A DNA stretch of 64,000 nt from an uncultured Gammaproteobacteria bacterium (GTDB lineage: Bacteria > Patescibacteriota > Microgenomatia > Levybacterales > UBA12049). Numbering within the stretch: the first letter of the stretch is position 1; each line of letters begins with the position of its first letter. The notes under the pieces are model-generated. The model did not search any database, was not told the DNA's origin, and saw only the letters and a program-made list of their open reading frames with translations. Location of the stretch: NCBI GenBank assembly GCA_964474445.1, contig CAYYSJ010000001.1, forward strand, positions 345,377 to 409,376, in the 5' to 3' direction. Made by a program: the position numbers and the translations under genes. Shown here one piece after another: positions 38,108 to 47,741 of this stretch.

Positions 38108-39070
38108 TTATTTCTTTTGCTTCTGCCATTCCCACGCAGTTTTTACTATTGTTTCCAAATCTGAATATTTTGGAGAGAACCCTAATACTTCCTGAGACCT
38201 TTTGTTATCAGCAAGCAAAACTGACGGATCGCCAGGACGGCGGGGTTGTATTGTTACAGGGAAATCACTACCTGTTACTTTCTTGACCATATCAATAACT
38301 TCTTTGTTTGAATACCCTTTTCCAACCCCCAAATTAAATGCATTACTCTTTTTTTCTCTTTCCAAATAGTTAAGAGCCAGAATATGAGCCTGCGCTAAAT
38401 CTTCTACGTGGATATAATCTCTCACACAGCTTCCATCTGGAGTATCATAATCATCACCAAAAAGAGAAAAGCTTTCACCCTTCAATGCCTTTTGTATAGC
38501 AACAGGGATAATATGCGTTTCAGGATTATGATTTTCCCCTAATGTTCCATCTAATGCCGCACCTGCTGCATTAAAATAGCGAAGGGCAACTGACTTTATG
38601 TCAAAGATTCTGTCATACCAAGACAAAACCTTTTCAAACAGTAACTTTGATTCTCCATACACACTTGTTGGATTTTTGGGGGCATCTTCTTCAATAGGCG
38701 TGTGTTCTGGAGTTCCGAAAATAGCAGCAGTTGAAGAAAAAACAATAAAGGGGATATGCTTTTCTCTCATATATTCCAGAAGATTAACTCCCCCTTGGAT
38801 ATTATTTTCAAAGTATTTTGCAGGCTCCGTCATTGACTCTGCAACTTGTAAATATGCAGCAAAATGGATAACCGCATCAAAAGGATACTCATCAAGCTGA
38901 TGAAGACTTTCTTTATCAAGTAAATTTCCAGTAACCAGTGGTGCTGAGACTGCTTCTTTATGTCCGTATTCAAGACTATCAAATACCACAACCTCATGCC
39001 CTGCATTTTGCAAAGCACGCACTGTAACGCTGCCAATAAAACCTGCTCCCCCAGTTACTAAAATTTTCAT
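38108..39070 (-). CDS. galE: UDP-glucose 4-epimerase
   Basis: Motifs seen: ILVTGGAGFIGS, SSTAAIFG, VYGESK, YFNAAGA, VRDYIHVEDL. Confidence 0.85.
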   Translation of the reverse strand: MKILVTGGAGFIGSVTVRALQNAGHEVVVFDSLEYGHKEAVSAPLVTGNLLDKESLHQLDEYPFDAVIHFAAYLQVAESMTEPAKYFENNIQGGVNLLEYMREKHIPFIVFSSTAAIFGTPEHTPIEEDAPKNPTSVYGESKLLFEKVLSWYDRIFDIKSVALRYFNAAGAALDGTLGENHNPETHIIPVAIQKALKGESFSLFGDDYDTPDGSCVRDYIHVEDLAQAHILALNYLEREKKSNAFNLGVGKGYSNKEVIDMVKKVTGSDFPVTIQPRRPGDPSVLLADNKRSQEVLGFSPKYSDLETIVKTAWEWQKQKK

Positions 39071-39074
39071 AGCA

Positions 39075-39842
39075 TTATTTCTTTTTTAAATATTTTGTAT
39101 AGCCAACAGCAAACCGAATGGATGAGAAAAATGCCCATACAAACCCTTGCCATCCATCCATGAAGCCCTTGTGGCGTAGATAAATTTTCCCAAACCACCA
39201 CAAAGGTAAAAGTACTTCATATTGTAGCATAACTAATACATTTCTAGGTGTTTTTTTCTCTGCCAGTCCTGTTGCTATTAAATCAGTATAGCGATTAAAC
39301 CTGAGTAAGTATCGTCCAAATTCTGGATCTGCAATATGAATAAGAGGCTCTTTTAAGAAACCCACCTCACCCTCAACTACCGCCTGTTCATGAACATCCT
39401 TTTGAGGAAGTCTCCCTTTACCACGTTTGTATAATCTCAGCGTATAATCAGGGTATACTCCTCCTTTCATTAAAAACCTTCCTAAAAACCAATTTTTCCG
39501 TGGTATCCAATATCCATCTTTACTTGCGGATTGATTATTGATCGCAGCATTGATTTCTTCTGCCAATTGAAGAGTGACCCGCTCGTCTGCATCCAGTTGT
39601 AACACCCAATCTTTTGTTACCATATCAATGGCTTTTTGTTTATTGATATGAAACATTGGATTGTTTTCTCTTACCACTACTTTTGCACCGTATGATTTTG
39701 CTATTTCTACTGTTCTGTCTTGAGAAGTACCATCAACAATAATGATTTCGTCAGCAAAACCTTTTACTGATTCCAAACAACCAGGTAAATTTTTTTCTTC
39801 GTTATATGTTGCAAGAACAACTGAAATTGTTTGTTGTTTCAT
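39075..39842 (-). CDS. WaaE/KdtX-like GT2 glycosyltransferase
   Basis: Motifs seen: ISVVLATYNEEKNL, IIVDGTSQDRT, LDADERV, GVYPDYTLRLY. There is a 4-nt overlap with the upstream GT-C gene. Confidence 0.7.
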   Translation of the reverse strand: MKQQTISVVLATYNEEKNLPGCLESVKGFADEIIIVDGTSQDRTVEIAKSYGAKVVVRENNPMFHINKQKAIDMVTKDWVLQLDADERVTLQLAEEINAAINNQSASKDGYWIPRKNWFLGRFLMKGGVYPDYTLRLYKRGKGRLPQKDVHEQAVVEGEVGFLKEPLIHIADPEFGRYLLRFNRYTDLIATGLAEKKTPRNVLVMLQYEVLLPLWWFGKIYLRHKGFMDGWQGFVWAFFSSIRFAVGYTKYLKKK

Positions 39843-41479
39843 ATATTCATTCTGAGCTTCTTGGGTAAAGGTAATAAAAGAACTCCAACAATTACTACTG
39901 TAAGGAGACTAAGATAATCTGCTACTTGTCGTAATTTTGTATCCTTGAAAATAACAGTGATATCATGTCTTCCGGGTGGCGCAAAAAATGTCATAATACC
40001 ACGATGCATCCCATCCTGAAATTCTACCTGCGTCTCTTTTCCATCAACAAGTACATGCCAACCAGGAAAGTATAACGTATTTTCCATCAGTCTTACTTGA
40101 GTATCTGCATTCACTTGGTAAAGATGTCTCGTTGATGTCCTTTGTAGTACTTTGACAACTGCTTTCCCGTTCAGAATTTCTAAAGGATTTGTATACCCTT
40201 TTTCCATAAATCGTACACCCCAGATAGGCGAACTTTCACCTGTGTCAGAGGGTCCTTTATAAATGCCTGCAAAGGTGGTGTCAGGACGCAGAACATATCC
40301 TTTGGCATGCCAATAGGAGTTCTCTACTATTATACAAATTGCAACAAGACTAAGAATGCTGATAAGACGAAGTTTTCTTGGGAGGACGTCAACAAGCAGT
40401 GCACCTAAAACGCTTGAAGTAAATATGGTAATAAGAAGGAATCTCCAAGGGAATTGAAAATTTTGGAGTAGCAATATTTTTGACCAGACAAATCCAGAGA
40501 TCGGTAACATCAAAAAAATTGCAATGAGGGTATAGAGAAGGAGTGAGGCAATAAGTATTTTTTGTTTGGCATATGTTGTAACAAAGAGGAAAATACTTCC
40601 TACAATGACTAGCCATTCTACAATGCCAACTTGAATCGTAAAATCTCCTGTCCCTCCATAACTCCATGGTCCATAGAAAAGTGCGGCAAATGAGGCAAAT
40701 CTTCTACTATATTCACCCTTTGTGACAATGTCTTTTAATGTATATTTTGCTTCAAAAAGTCCTGGAAGCCAGAAGAAAGCGGATAACAGAAACCCGAGTG
40801 CTATAGCAAAAAGTAAGTTTACCCCGTCTTGTCTATTTCTTCCATTTTTCACCCATATGTATGCTCCATAAAAAAGAATAAATGGTAACATCATGAGACT
40901 CACAATATTGTGACAAAGAATAAGAAGAGCAAGGGAAACCCCACTGAAAAGTAATGGGTATTTCCTTTTGCTTTTTACTGTTAGCGTCAGAAAATAAAGA
41001 ACAAGCGGTACAAAGACAAGCGCAAGACTCTCGCCAACATCACCCCTCACATACAGGTCAACAAACCGATATGGCGCAAACATATACAAAAATGCACCAA
41101 AGAATGCTGCCCATCGAGAAGAAAACTCCCTAAGCCAAAGATACATGGTAAATCCTGAAAGAAGCATCGATAAACCCAACAAAAGTTTTAAACTATTGGC
41201 AAAGGATAAACCTGCCGCATGTAACAATGACGCTAAGTATGAAGGCAATGGATAGAAAAATTCAAAGACAGGTTGTCCATATCCAAAGTTGACATTTGCT
41301 GCCCACCGAGGAACCCATATCCCCTCAGAAAGGCTTTGGTAAAAATTTGTAAGGCGAAGCAAATGCACATCTCCATCATGAGTCAAAGGAAACCTGATAT
41401 GCAGTAAATCAGTGGTACTCAAAAAACCTGCCGCGAGCAAACAGCATAAAGGAAGAAACGATGCAATACGTTTTATCAT
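39839..41479 (-). CDS. GT-C-like membrane protein of the HD...YVRGD[VI]GE family (possibly PTPS-related type) with C-terminal beta-rich domain and TM anchor
   Basis: Motifs seen: THDGDVHLLRL, FAPYRFVDLYVRGDVGESLALVFVPLV, C-terminal YFPGWHVLVDGKE, and anchor LSLLTVVIVGVLLL. Length is 546 aa. Confidence 0.55.
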   Translation of the reverse strand: MIKRIASFLPLCCLLAAGFLSTTDLLHIRFPLTHDGDVHLLRLTNFYQSLSEGIWVPRWAANVNFGYGQPVFEFFYPLPSYLASLLHAAGLSFANSLKLLLGLSMLLSGFTMYLWLREFSSRWAAFFGAFLYMFAPYRFVDLYVRGDVGESLALVFVPLVLYFLTLTVKSKRKYPLLFSGVSLALLILCHNIVSLMMLPFILFYGAYIWVKNGRNRQDGVNLLFAIALGFLLSAFFWLPGLFEAKYTLKDIVTKGEYSRRFASFAALFYGPWSYGGTGDFTIQVGIVEWLVIVGSIFLFVTTYAKQKILIASLLLYTLIAIFLMLPISGFVWSKILLLQNFQFPWRFLLITIFTSSVLGALLVDVLPRKLRLISILSLVAICIIVENSYWHAKGYVLRPDTTFAGIYKGPSDTGESSPIWGVRFMEKGYTNPLEILNGKAVVKVLQRTSTRHLYQVNADTQVRLMENTLYFPGWHVLVDGKETQVEFQDGMHRGIMTFFAPPGRHDITVIFKDTKLRQVADYLSLLTVVIVGVLLLPLPKKLRMNI

Positions 41480-43152
41480 TTGGCTACAAAAGCAACAAGT
41501 CGCACAACATGTCCAAGTCCTGTAAATTGTTGGACGATAGTTATATTATCTGGCAAAACATTTATCTTTCCATCTGTTACATTCCCTATATAGAGCGTAT
41601 TTTGTTCAAGTTTTATATCTTTCGCGACAGGAATAAAATCTATATTATCAATATGATGGAATTCTCTAAATCCTCCTGATTTTGTCCCTCCAGCATTCTG
41701 ATATTTTTTAGGATCGTATTTACTCTCAAAAAGGTAAAACATATAGGATTGGGTAGCATTTGCTTGATTGGAAACCACAATATGGGAATATTCTTTTTGA
41801 TGTAAAATAACATACTTCATTGCTCGATGCAGAGCACACTGATATGGTGCTGATCCTTGTTTAACAAAGGTGACAAAATATGCTTGGGAAAACTGCACGA
41901 TACTTACTACTACACAAGCCCCAATAAGTCCAACAAAAAGTATTTGAGATTGCTTCCCATAGTTTTTTATATTTCCTAGTAATGCAACAACGCCAAGACA
42001 TCCAATTCCTTCCAAAAGTTGTGGTATAGGAAGAATATTAAAAGATCGCATCGCATGGGGAGTTTCAGTAGTTATTCCCGGGGCTACAAATGCAATGAGA
42101 ATCCATACAATTGGCAATATTTTGAGTGGTAGTGAAACAGGCAAACGCCATAGGAAGAAAAGTCCAAGCAAAAAGAGTGGCAACTCCCATTGATAGGAAA
42201 GTCCAAATCCAGGAGCCTTAAATCTTTCAAGCCCGCTGTTTCCTAGCCACCATTCTGGACTAAAATGAGGAAGGTAATTCCACAAAAAGACACTGACAGG
42301 GACAAAGCGTCGATTATAAGTAATTTCTCCCACCAAATCATGATGTTTCGTTGCTTCTGCTAACCGAAGAGAGGTCTCTATAAAAGGGCGTTGATCAGTA
42401 AAGACTGATGTCCCCTTCAATCGTAAGAGTGCACCGGGTTGCAATGATGCAAAAACGATTGGCAACGATAAAACAAGCGCTAACAAGAGGCTGGCTATCA
42501 CAACTTTTTTATTCTGAAATACTTGCTTATAAAATAAACCTAAAAGAGTAACAACAATAAGCGGCACAAACACCTTTTCACTTTGATAGGTATATAGAGA
42601 TCCTGCCCAGAAAATACCAGAGAGGATCACAAGCCATTTTCTTTCAGAAAGTAATCCCCAGAGGAAAAAGAGTACTCCGAGAAAGGCAAACGTAAGTCCT
42701 GGATTTACCTCATGTCCCAAACGGGATATGTAAATATGAAAAGGAGAAATAGCAAATAAACCCATGACCGTAAGTGACACCCATTTTTCATATTTATATC
42801 CTCTTACAACGATTTTTGCTAAGAAAAAGCTGGCAATAACAGTAACAAGAGAAAGGATCGCTGATGGCAAGCGAACAGCAAGAACCGTAAGTCCAAGAAG
42901 CTTCACAAAAGGAATAACCAAATATAAATACCCTGCAGGTCTAAAGTCATCATAGGCTTGCATAATAATCGGGAATGACCTTCCGTACTCTCCTTTTCCG
43001 GTAAGGAGAATTGCATATGCATTCCACCCAATACTTACTTCATCTAATGACCCTGAAGGCGGTACTGAATTAAGTAACATAAATCGGAACAAAATTGCGA
43101 CAAGAACTATGACGATAAAAAGAATCGTATAGAGGTTGAAAAGTTTTTTCAT
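41476..43152 (-). CDS. GT39/PMT_2-like (ArnT/PMT-type) GT-C glycosyltransferase, tandem paralog A
   Basis: The first-loop DE motif reads LDEVSIGWNAY. Also present are AVRLPSAILSL and about 11 TM helices. Length is 558 aa. Confidence 0.7.
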   Translation of the reverse strand: MKKLFNLYTILFIVIVLVAILFRFMLLNSVPPSGSLDEVSIGWNAYAILLTGKGEYGRSFPIIMQAYDDFRPAGYLYLVIPFVKLLGLTVLAVRLPSAILSLVTVIASFFLAKIVVRGYKYEKWVSLTVMGLFAISPFHIYISRLGHEVNPGLTFAFLGVLFFLWGLLSERKWLVILSGIFWAGSLYTYQSEKVFVPLIVVTLLGLFYKQVFQNKKVVIASLLLALVLSLPIVFASLQPGALLRLKGTSVFTDQRPFIETSLRLAEATKHHDLVGEITYNRRFVPVSVFLWNYLPHFSPEWWLGNSGLERFKAPGFGLSYQWELPLFLLGLFFLWRLPVSLPLKILPIVWILIAFVAPGITTETPHAMRSFNILPIPQLLEGIGCLGVVALLGNIKNYGKQSQILFVGLIGACVVVSIVQFSQAYFVTFVKQGSAPYQCALHRAMKYVILHQKEYSHIVVSNQANATQSYMFYLFESKYDPKKYQNAGGTKSGGFREFHHIDNIDFIPVAKDIKLEQNTLYIGNVTDGKINVLPDNITIVQQFTGLGHVVRLVAFVAK

Positions 43153-43155
43153 ATC

Positions 43156-44814
43156 TTATTTTTGGCCGACAATACTCATTGCTTCTTGGCCATTTGGATA
43201 ATAAATTGTTTGCAGTTTATTGACTTTCTGTGGAAAATCAGATGGTCTTCCAACATAGAGGATATCAGAGCTTTTAACTTCTTTTTCCCAGACAATAGGT
43301 CTAAATTCATACTTTCCAAATATATGGTTCTCTCTGAAACCACCCGATGCGAGAGCACTTTCCTTTTGATACGCAGATGGCGAATATCTCAAATAGAAAA
43401 GAAAGAACATATATGATTGGTCAAGAGAAGGTTGATTGCTCACAATAATTTTTTTGTATTCTGCTTCGTGCGATTTCACAAAAGACACAGCTTGAGCATA
43501 TCCATATTGCCAATCGTTGGCCGTGTAATAGGATTGCTGTACAAAATACTGATCCAGATAATAGGAAAAGTTAAAGACCGCAATACCTATCAAACAAGCA
43601 CTAACAACCCAAAGAATTTTTTCCTTTTTCCCTAGCCACCCCAATACTCCTACTACCCCCAATGCTGTCATTACCTGAAATAATGGAAGAAAGTTAAGCG
43701 CTCTGACCGCATGCGGAACTCCCGTTGTTACTGAGGCAGGGATAGGTGTTATCAAAAGCCAGGCAAAAAGTAGTATCTTTGTTTGTTTGGGGAAACTGCC
43801 AAATAACAGCATATAGATACCAACAAGCATGAATGGTAATTCCCAAAGGTATAAGAGTCCCATATTCGGAGCATGATGTCTTGCCAAATCTCCTGTTATA
43901 AAAAGCCAGTTGAAGTCAAAATGGGACAAATAATTTGCTACGACTTCCCTGCCATAAATAACCCGTCTGTTATCCAACAAGAGGCCAAGATAATCTTTTT
44001 TTGTCTTGTCATCCTGCACCCTTTGCACGCTTCTCTGGATAATCGTTTGGTCAGATAGTACACTGACCCCTTTTGCACGCGCCAACGCATTCTTATTTGT
44101 TAATAAGTACGTCGCAAGTGGTAAGGTAAGAATTGCCCCAAAAATAACAACGGCAAAAAGATACTTTTTGGGAATAGAAAGTACTTGCTTTTGAAAGATA
44201 TACAACAAGGCAAGGACAAGAAGCGGGACAAATACTTTTTCACTTTGATACACATACATGCTTGCAACAAAAAAGAGTGCAGAAAGGAAAAGCAGCCACG
44301 GTTTTCGTAAGCCTTTCAGAAAAAATAACGCTCCAAAAATATTGCATGAAAGGCCAACATTTGACTCAAAAGCAATTCGTGAGAATTGTAAATGCCATGG
44401 AGAAATTGCCAAAAGAGAAGAGGCAAGCAGAGCAACAGACTCTTTCTTAAATAACTCTTTCATGAGGAAATAGACAGCAACAACAGTCAAAATACCAAAA
44501 ATGGCTGAAGGAAGACGTACAGCAAAAACATTGAGTCCAAAAACTTCTGTTGTTGGAATAGTAAGATAACTATACAAAGCAGGTTTGTAGTCATCATAGG
44601 AGCGCATCACAACAGGCATAAATGCACCATATTCATCTCTCCCGGTTTGTGACACAGAGTACCCATTATACCCAAGCGCTACTTCATCCCAATCAGGTGA
44701 TGAAGGAACTGCTCCCAATTGCCATAATCGCAAGACGGCGGCAATTAACACAATCGCTCCCAGAATAACCCATTGCACACGTTTCATCGATAATTTTGCA
44801 TTTGGAATAATCAT
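43156..44814 (-). CDS. GT39/PMT_2-like GT-C glycosyltransferase, tandem paralog B
   Basis: Motifs seen: WDEVALGYNGY and AVRLPSAIFGIL. There is a 3-nt gap to paralog A. Confidence 0.7.
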   Translation of the reverse strand: MIIPNAKLSMKRVQWVILGAIVLIAAVLRLWQLGAVPSSPDWDEVALGYNGYSVSQTGRDEYGAFMPVVMRSYDDYKPALYSYLTIPTTEVFGLNVFAVRLPSAIFGILTVVAVYFLMKELFKKESVALLASSLLAISPWHLQFSRIAFESNVGLSCNIFGALFFLKGLRKPWLLFLSALFFVASMYVYQSEKVFVPLLVLALLYIFQKQVLSIPKKYLFAVVIFGAILTLPLATYLLTNKNALARAKGVSVLSDQTIIQRSVQRVQDDKTKKDYLGLLLDNRRVIYGREVVANYLSHFDFNWLFITGDLARHHAPNMGLLYLWELPFMLVGIYMLLFGSFPKQTKILLFAWLLITPIPASVTTGVPHAVRALNFLPLFQVMTALGVVGVLGWLGKKEKILWVVSACLIGIAVFNFSYYLDQYFVQQSYYTANDWQYGYAQAVSFVKSHEAEYKKIIVSNQPSLDQSYMFFLFYLRYSPSAYQKESALASGGFRENHIFGKYEFRPIVWEKEVKSSDILYVGRPSDFPQKVNKLQTIYYPNGQEAMSIVGQK

Positions 44815-46454
44815 AGTGTATATGCTACCAAGACAGGGCTACCATTTGGTAAAGTAATTGTTTGTTGTATATGCGCAGCAGCAGGAATTTGGTTTGGTGT
44901 ATTAATATAGAGAGCTCCTTTTTCCTCTGGTAAGTCTTTTGCAAAATAATACATGCCAATAGAATTTACGTGAACAAATCCAAACGCATCTCGAGTAATT
45001 TGTGCTTGTTTTCTAAATGTTGTGGGTGAGACATGATTGTAAAAGAGATAATATATGTACGGTCTTCCCAATCCTTCAGTCATATATATTTTCTTCACAT
45101 GATTTTGTTGGCCTCTGGCATAGGAAAGAGCACTAACATACCCATATTGCCATTCCCCAGCGAACTCTTTTGTGTAATGAGCATAGTAACCATGTTGAAA
45201 GTAGAGAACACTGAGAAAAAGCAAGGCTAAACTAAGAGGAACAAAGCCCTTGAGGTATTTTCTTAGGAAAAAAGCTGTCTGGACAAAGCCATATGCTATA
45301 AGTATGTGAAATGTCGGAAGTGTGCCTTCAATTCTGAGGGCATGAGGAGTCTCACGAGCTGTTGCTGCAGGGATAATGCCGATAAGAAGCCATAGCGGAA
45401 TAATCCACCACATTCCTTCCTTTCTTCTAAAAAGAAGAAGTATTCCTCCTACCAAAAATGGTATATCCCACAAATACATTTCGCCAACATCTTGTGTCGA
45501 GAATTTCGGATTACCATCGCCTTTGATAAATAAGAAAGATGGATTGAGGTTATCAAAGTAATGATGCAGATATTCAGCTGTATAGACAAGACGTCTGTTG
45601 TGAAGTATTTTCGACCACCAAGAATTGTGATCGTTTTGTACTTCCTGATTGGATTCTTTTACCAAAGAAACATCTGAAAAAATATTTACCTCCTTAAACC
45701 GTAAACTTGCTTGGGGAGACACTAAAAATGGAGCAGTTGGCAATATCAGTACAACTCCCACAATGAGTGCAACAAACAGTTGTTTTTTGTATTGCAATAA
45801 CCGTTTTATAAAAAGAACACCTAAAACAAGAAGAAGTAATGGTGCAACAATTCGTGCACTATTAAACGTGTACACTGAGGCAACAAAAGAGGCAACAGAG
45901 AAAGGAAGATACCAGGGCCTGTCTTCAACGGCTCCCAAGAATAACCATACTCCAGTAACAATAAAAAATGTGGCAACATTTGCCTCAAACGCTGCTCGAG
46001 ATAGCATGGTGTGCCAGGGAGAAACAGCTAAGAAGCAGGCTGCAGCAAGAGCATACCACTGTGCTTTCTCTGATTTCCAAAATAGTCTTTTTACTAAAAG
46101 GTACGTAACAATAACAGTCAACACACCAAATAATGCAGAAGGAAACCTGGTTGCAAACTCAGTTAACCCAAATACTTTTACCGGCACTACCCCAAGATAG
46201 GCATACATTGGTGGTTTAAAGTCTCCAAATGATTCTAAGTAGTCATGTGGTAACAATCTCCCAAATTCATCTTTCCCGTCAATACCAAGACTATACGAGT
46301 TATATCCCCATGCTACCTCATCCCATGTCAACGATGCAGGAATTGCTCCTAACTGCCAAAAACGGAAAAAAGCTGCAAGAAGAACAATTGCAATAAGGAG
46401 CAAATACTTTTTCATAGGTCTATTATATAGTGTTTGTATCAAAACGAAAAGCAA
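44811..46454 (-). CDS. GT39/PMT_2-like GT-C glycosyltransferase, tandem paralog C
   Basis: Motifs seen: WDEVAWGYNSY and ATRFPSALFGVL. There is an ATGA overlap with paralog B. Confidence 0.7.
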   Translation of the reverse strand: MLFVLIQTLYNRPMKKYLLLIAIVLLAAFFRFWQLGAIPASLTWDEVAWGYNSYSLGIDGKDEFGRLLPHDYLESFGDFKPPMYAYLGVVPVKVFGLTEFATRFPSALFGVLTVIVTYLLVKRLFWKSEKAQWYALAAACFLAVSPWHTMLSRAAFEANVATFFIVTGVWLFLGAVEDRPWYLPFSVASFVASVYTFNSARIVAPLLLLVLGVLFIKRLLQYKKQLFVALIVGVVLILPTAPFLVSPQASLRFKEVNIFSDVSLVKESNQEVQNDHNSWWSKILHNRRLVYTAEYLHHYFDNLNPSFLFIKGDGNPKFSTQDVGEMYLWDIPFLVGGILLLFRRKEGMWWIIPLWLLIGIIPAATARETPHALRIEGTLPTFHILIAYGFVQTAFFLRKYLKGFVPLSLALLFLSVLYFQHGYYAHYTKEFAGEWQYGYVSALSYARGQQNHVKKIYMTEGLGRPYIYYLFYNHVSPTTFRKQAQITRDAFGFVHVNSIGMYYFAKDLPEEKGALYINTPNQIPAAAHIQQTITLPNGSPVLVAYTL

Positions 46455-46486
46455 ATAGTATAAAACAAGGAGGAAAATATATAGGA

Positions 46487-47740
46487 TTATGCTTTCGTTT
46501 CTTGAGGCCAGAAATATGCAGTTAAAAAGACCATTGAGAGGTATCCCAAGTGGCTATTATTAAAATATCTTGAAAAATACCAAAAGACAAAAAGAAAGAT
46601 GCCATAACTAAAAATAAGCATTGGTATTGTTGGTCGTTTCCACAAAAGATATCCTAATGCAAAAAGGGTTGGTATTCCTAATCCAATTTCCCAAAGAGTA
46701 AAGGGATAATAGGCATGGACATTTTTTATCCAGCCAAATTGATATGCCACCATTCCAAACCCATATCCAGATATTGGATAACTATGAATGTCATTGCCTG
46801 CCAGATAAAAGACCGTACTATCCAAAAATGCTTTACTATTCCACAGAAGGAATGGCGACATAAAACTCAAACACACTCCAATAAATCCACTGATATTTTT
46901 TACGAGATAAAGCGTGACAGTTCGAACATCCCTTTTCTCCTGCAAAGCAAGGATAACTATATAGAAAAGATACAGCGGAAGAAATGGCCAAATGGACTGC
47001 TTAATCATAAAAGCCAAACCAATGGCTATCCCTGCCCAAAATACCCTTTTTTTATACAGTAAGAACAATCCTGCAAACATAAATGCAAACATATAGATAT
47101 CAGACCTTCCTTCGAGGGTATAGCCAAGCATTGCCGGATTAAATGCTAAAAGGCTAACAAATGTACGTTTTTTCTCCTCATCCTTTACGAGGGTAAATGC
47201 AAGTATTAATAAACTCAAAAAAAGAGCGAGTAAAGGAATTCTCCCGTCAAAATACCCTATCGCGTGATTACTCACAAAGTAAAAAGGCACTGCAAAAAGA
47301 AGATAAAACGGCTCCATCACAAAATGATACAGTGCCGGATTAACGTCTGTATCAGAGTAATGCCAATCTTGAAGTGGGGTACCAAAATACGTCTCTTGAT
47401 ACGGATTTTTGCCATGAATGAAATAACGGATAGCAGCTTCCTGTTGCAAAACAACGTCATGGACACCATAAATAGGCGCAACTTGATGTCGTACGATAAT
47501 GGTAGAACCAAACGCAGACCCTAACACTGTCAAAATGGTAATCCATAGGACAATATTTTTATATCTGTTATAGAGTAATTCCTTCAGTGGTAGTAGATCC
47601 AACACGATATATCCCAATAGAGCGACAAAAATAAAACCAAACAGCCAAAAAGGAGTGTCTCCTGGACCTATGCGGTATTGCATAATAAAGTAGATAACCA
47701 GCGGGAAAAGTAAAACTGATGAGAATGAAAGATTCTTCAT
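46487..47740 (-). CDS. Polytopic membrane protein (about 12 TM), unknown; possibly GT-C-like (DUF2029/GT87-like) or polymerase-like
   Basis: The protein is strongly hydrophobic throughout. I prefer the start MKNLSFSSV at 47740, since the track start overlaps the upstream gene by 74 nt. Confidence 0.45.
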   Translation of the reverse strand: MKNLSFSSVLLFPLVIYFIMQYRIGPGDTPFWLFGFIFVALLGYIVLDLLPLKELLYNRYKNIVLWITILTVLGSAFGSTIIVRHQVAPIYGVHDVVLQQEAAIRYFIHGKNPYQETYFGTPLQDWHYSDTDVNPALYHFVMEPFYLLFAVPFYFVSNHAIGYFDGRIPLLALFLSLLILAFTLVKDEEKKRTFVSLLAFNPAMLGYTLEGRSDIYMFAFMFAGLFLLYKKRVFWAGIAIGLAFMIKQSIWPFLPLYLFYIVILALQEKRDVRTVTLYLVKNISGFIGVCLSFMSPFLLWNSKAFLDSTVFYLAGNDIHSYPISGYGFGMVAYQFGWIKNVHAYYPFTLWEIGLGIPTLFALGYLLWKRPTIPMLIFSYGIFLFVFWYFSRYFNNSHLGYLSMVFLTAYFWPQETKA

Positions 47741-47741
47741 A

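Noticed and set aside
45649-46200. 183-aa plus-strand ORF, the largest unexplained ORF in the track
   Set aside because: It lies wholly antisense to the well-supported GT39-like gene 44811..46454. Its product is low-complexity (T/N/A/K-rich) with no motifs. It is a typical shadow ORF of an AT-rich coding strand.
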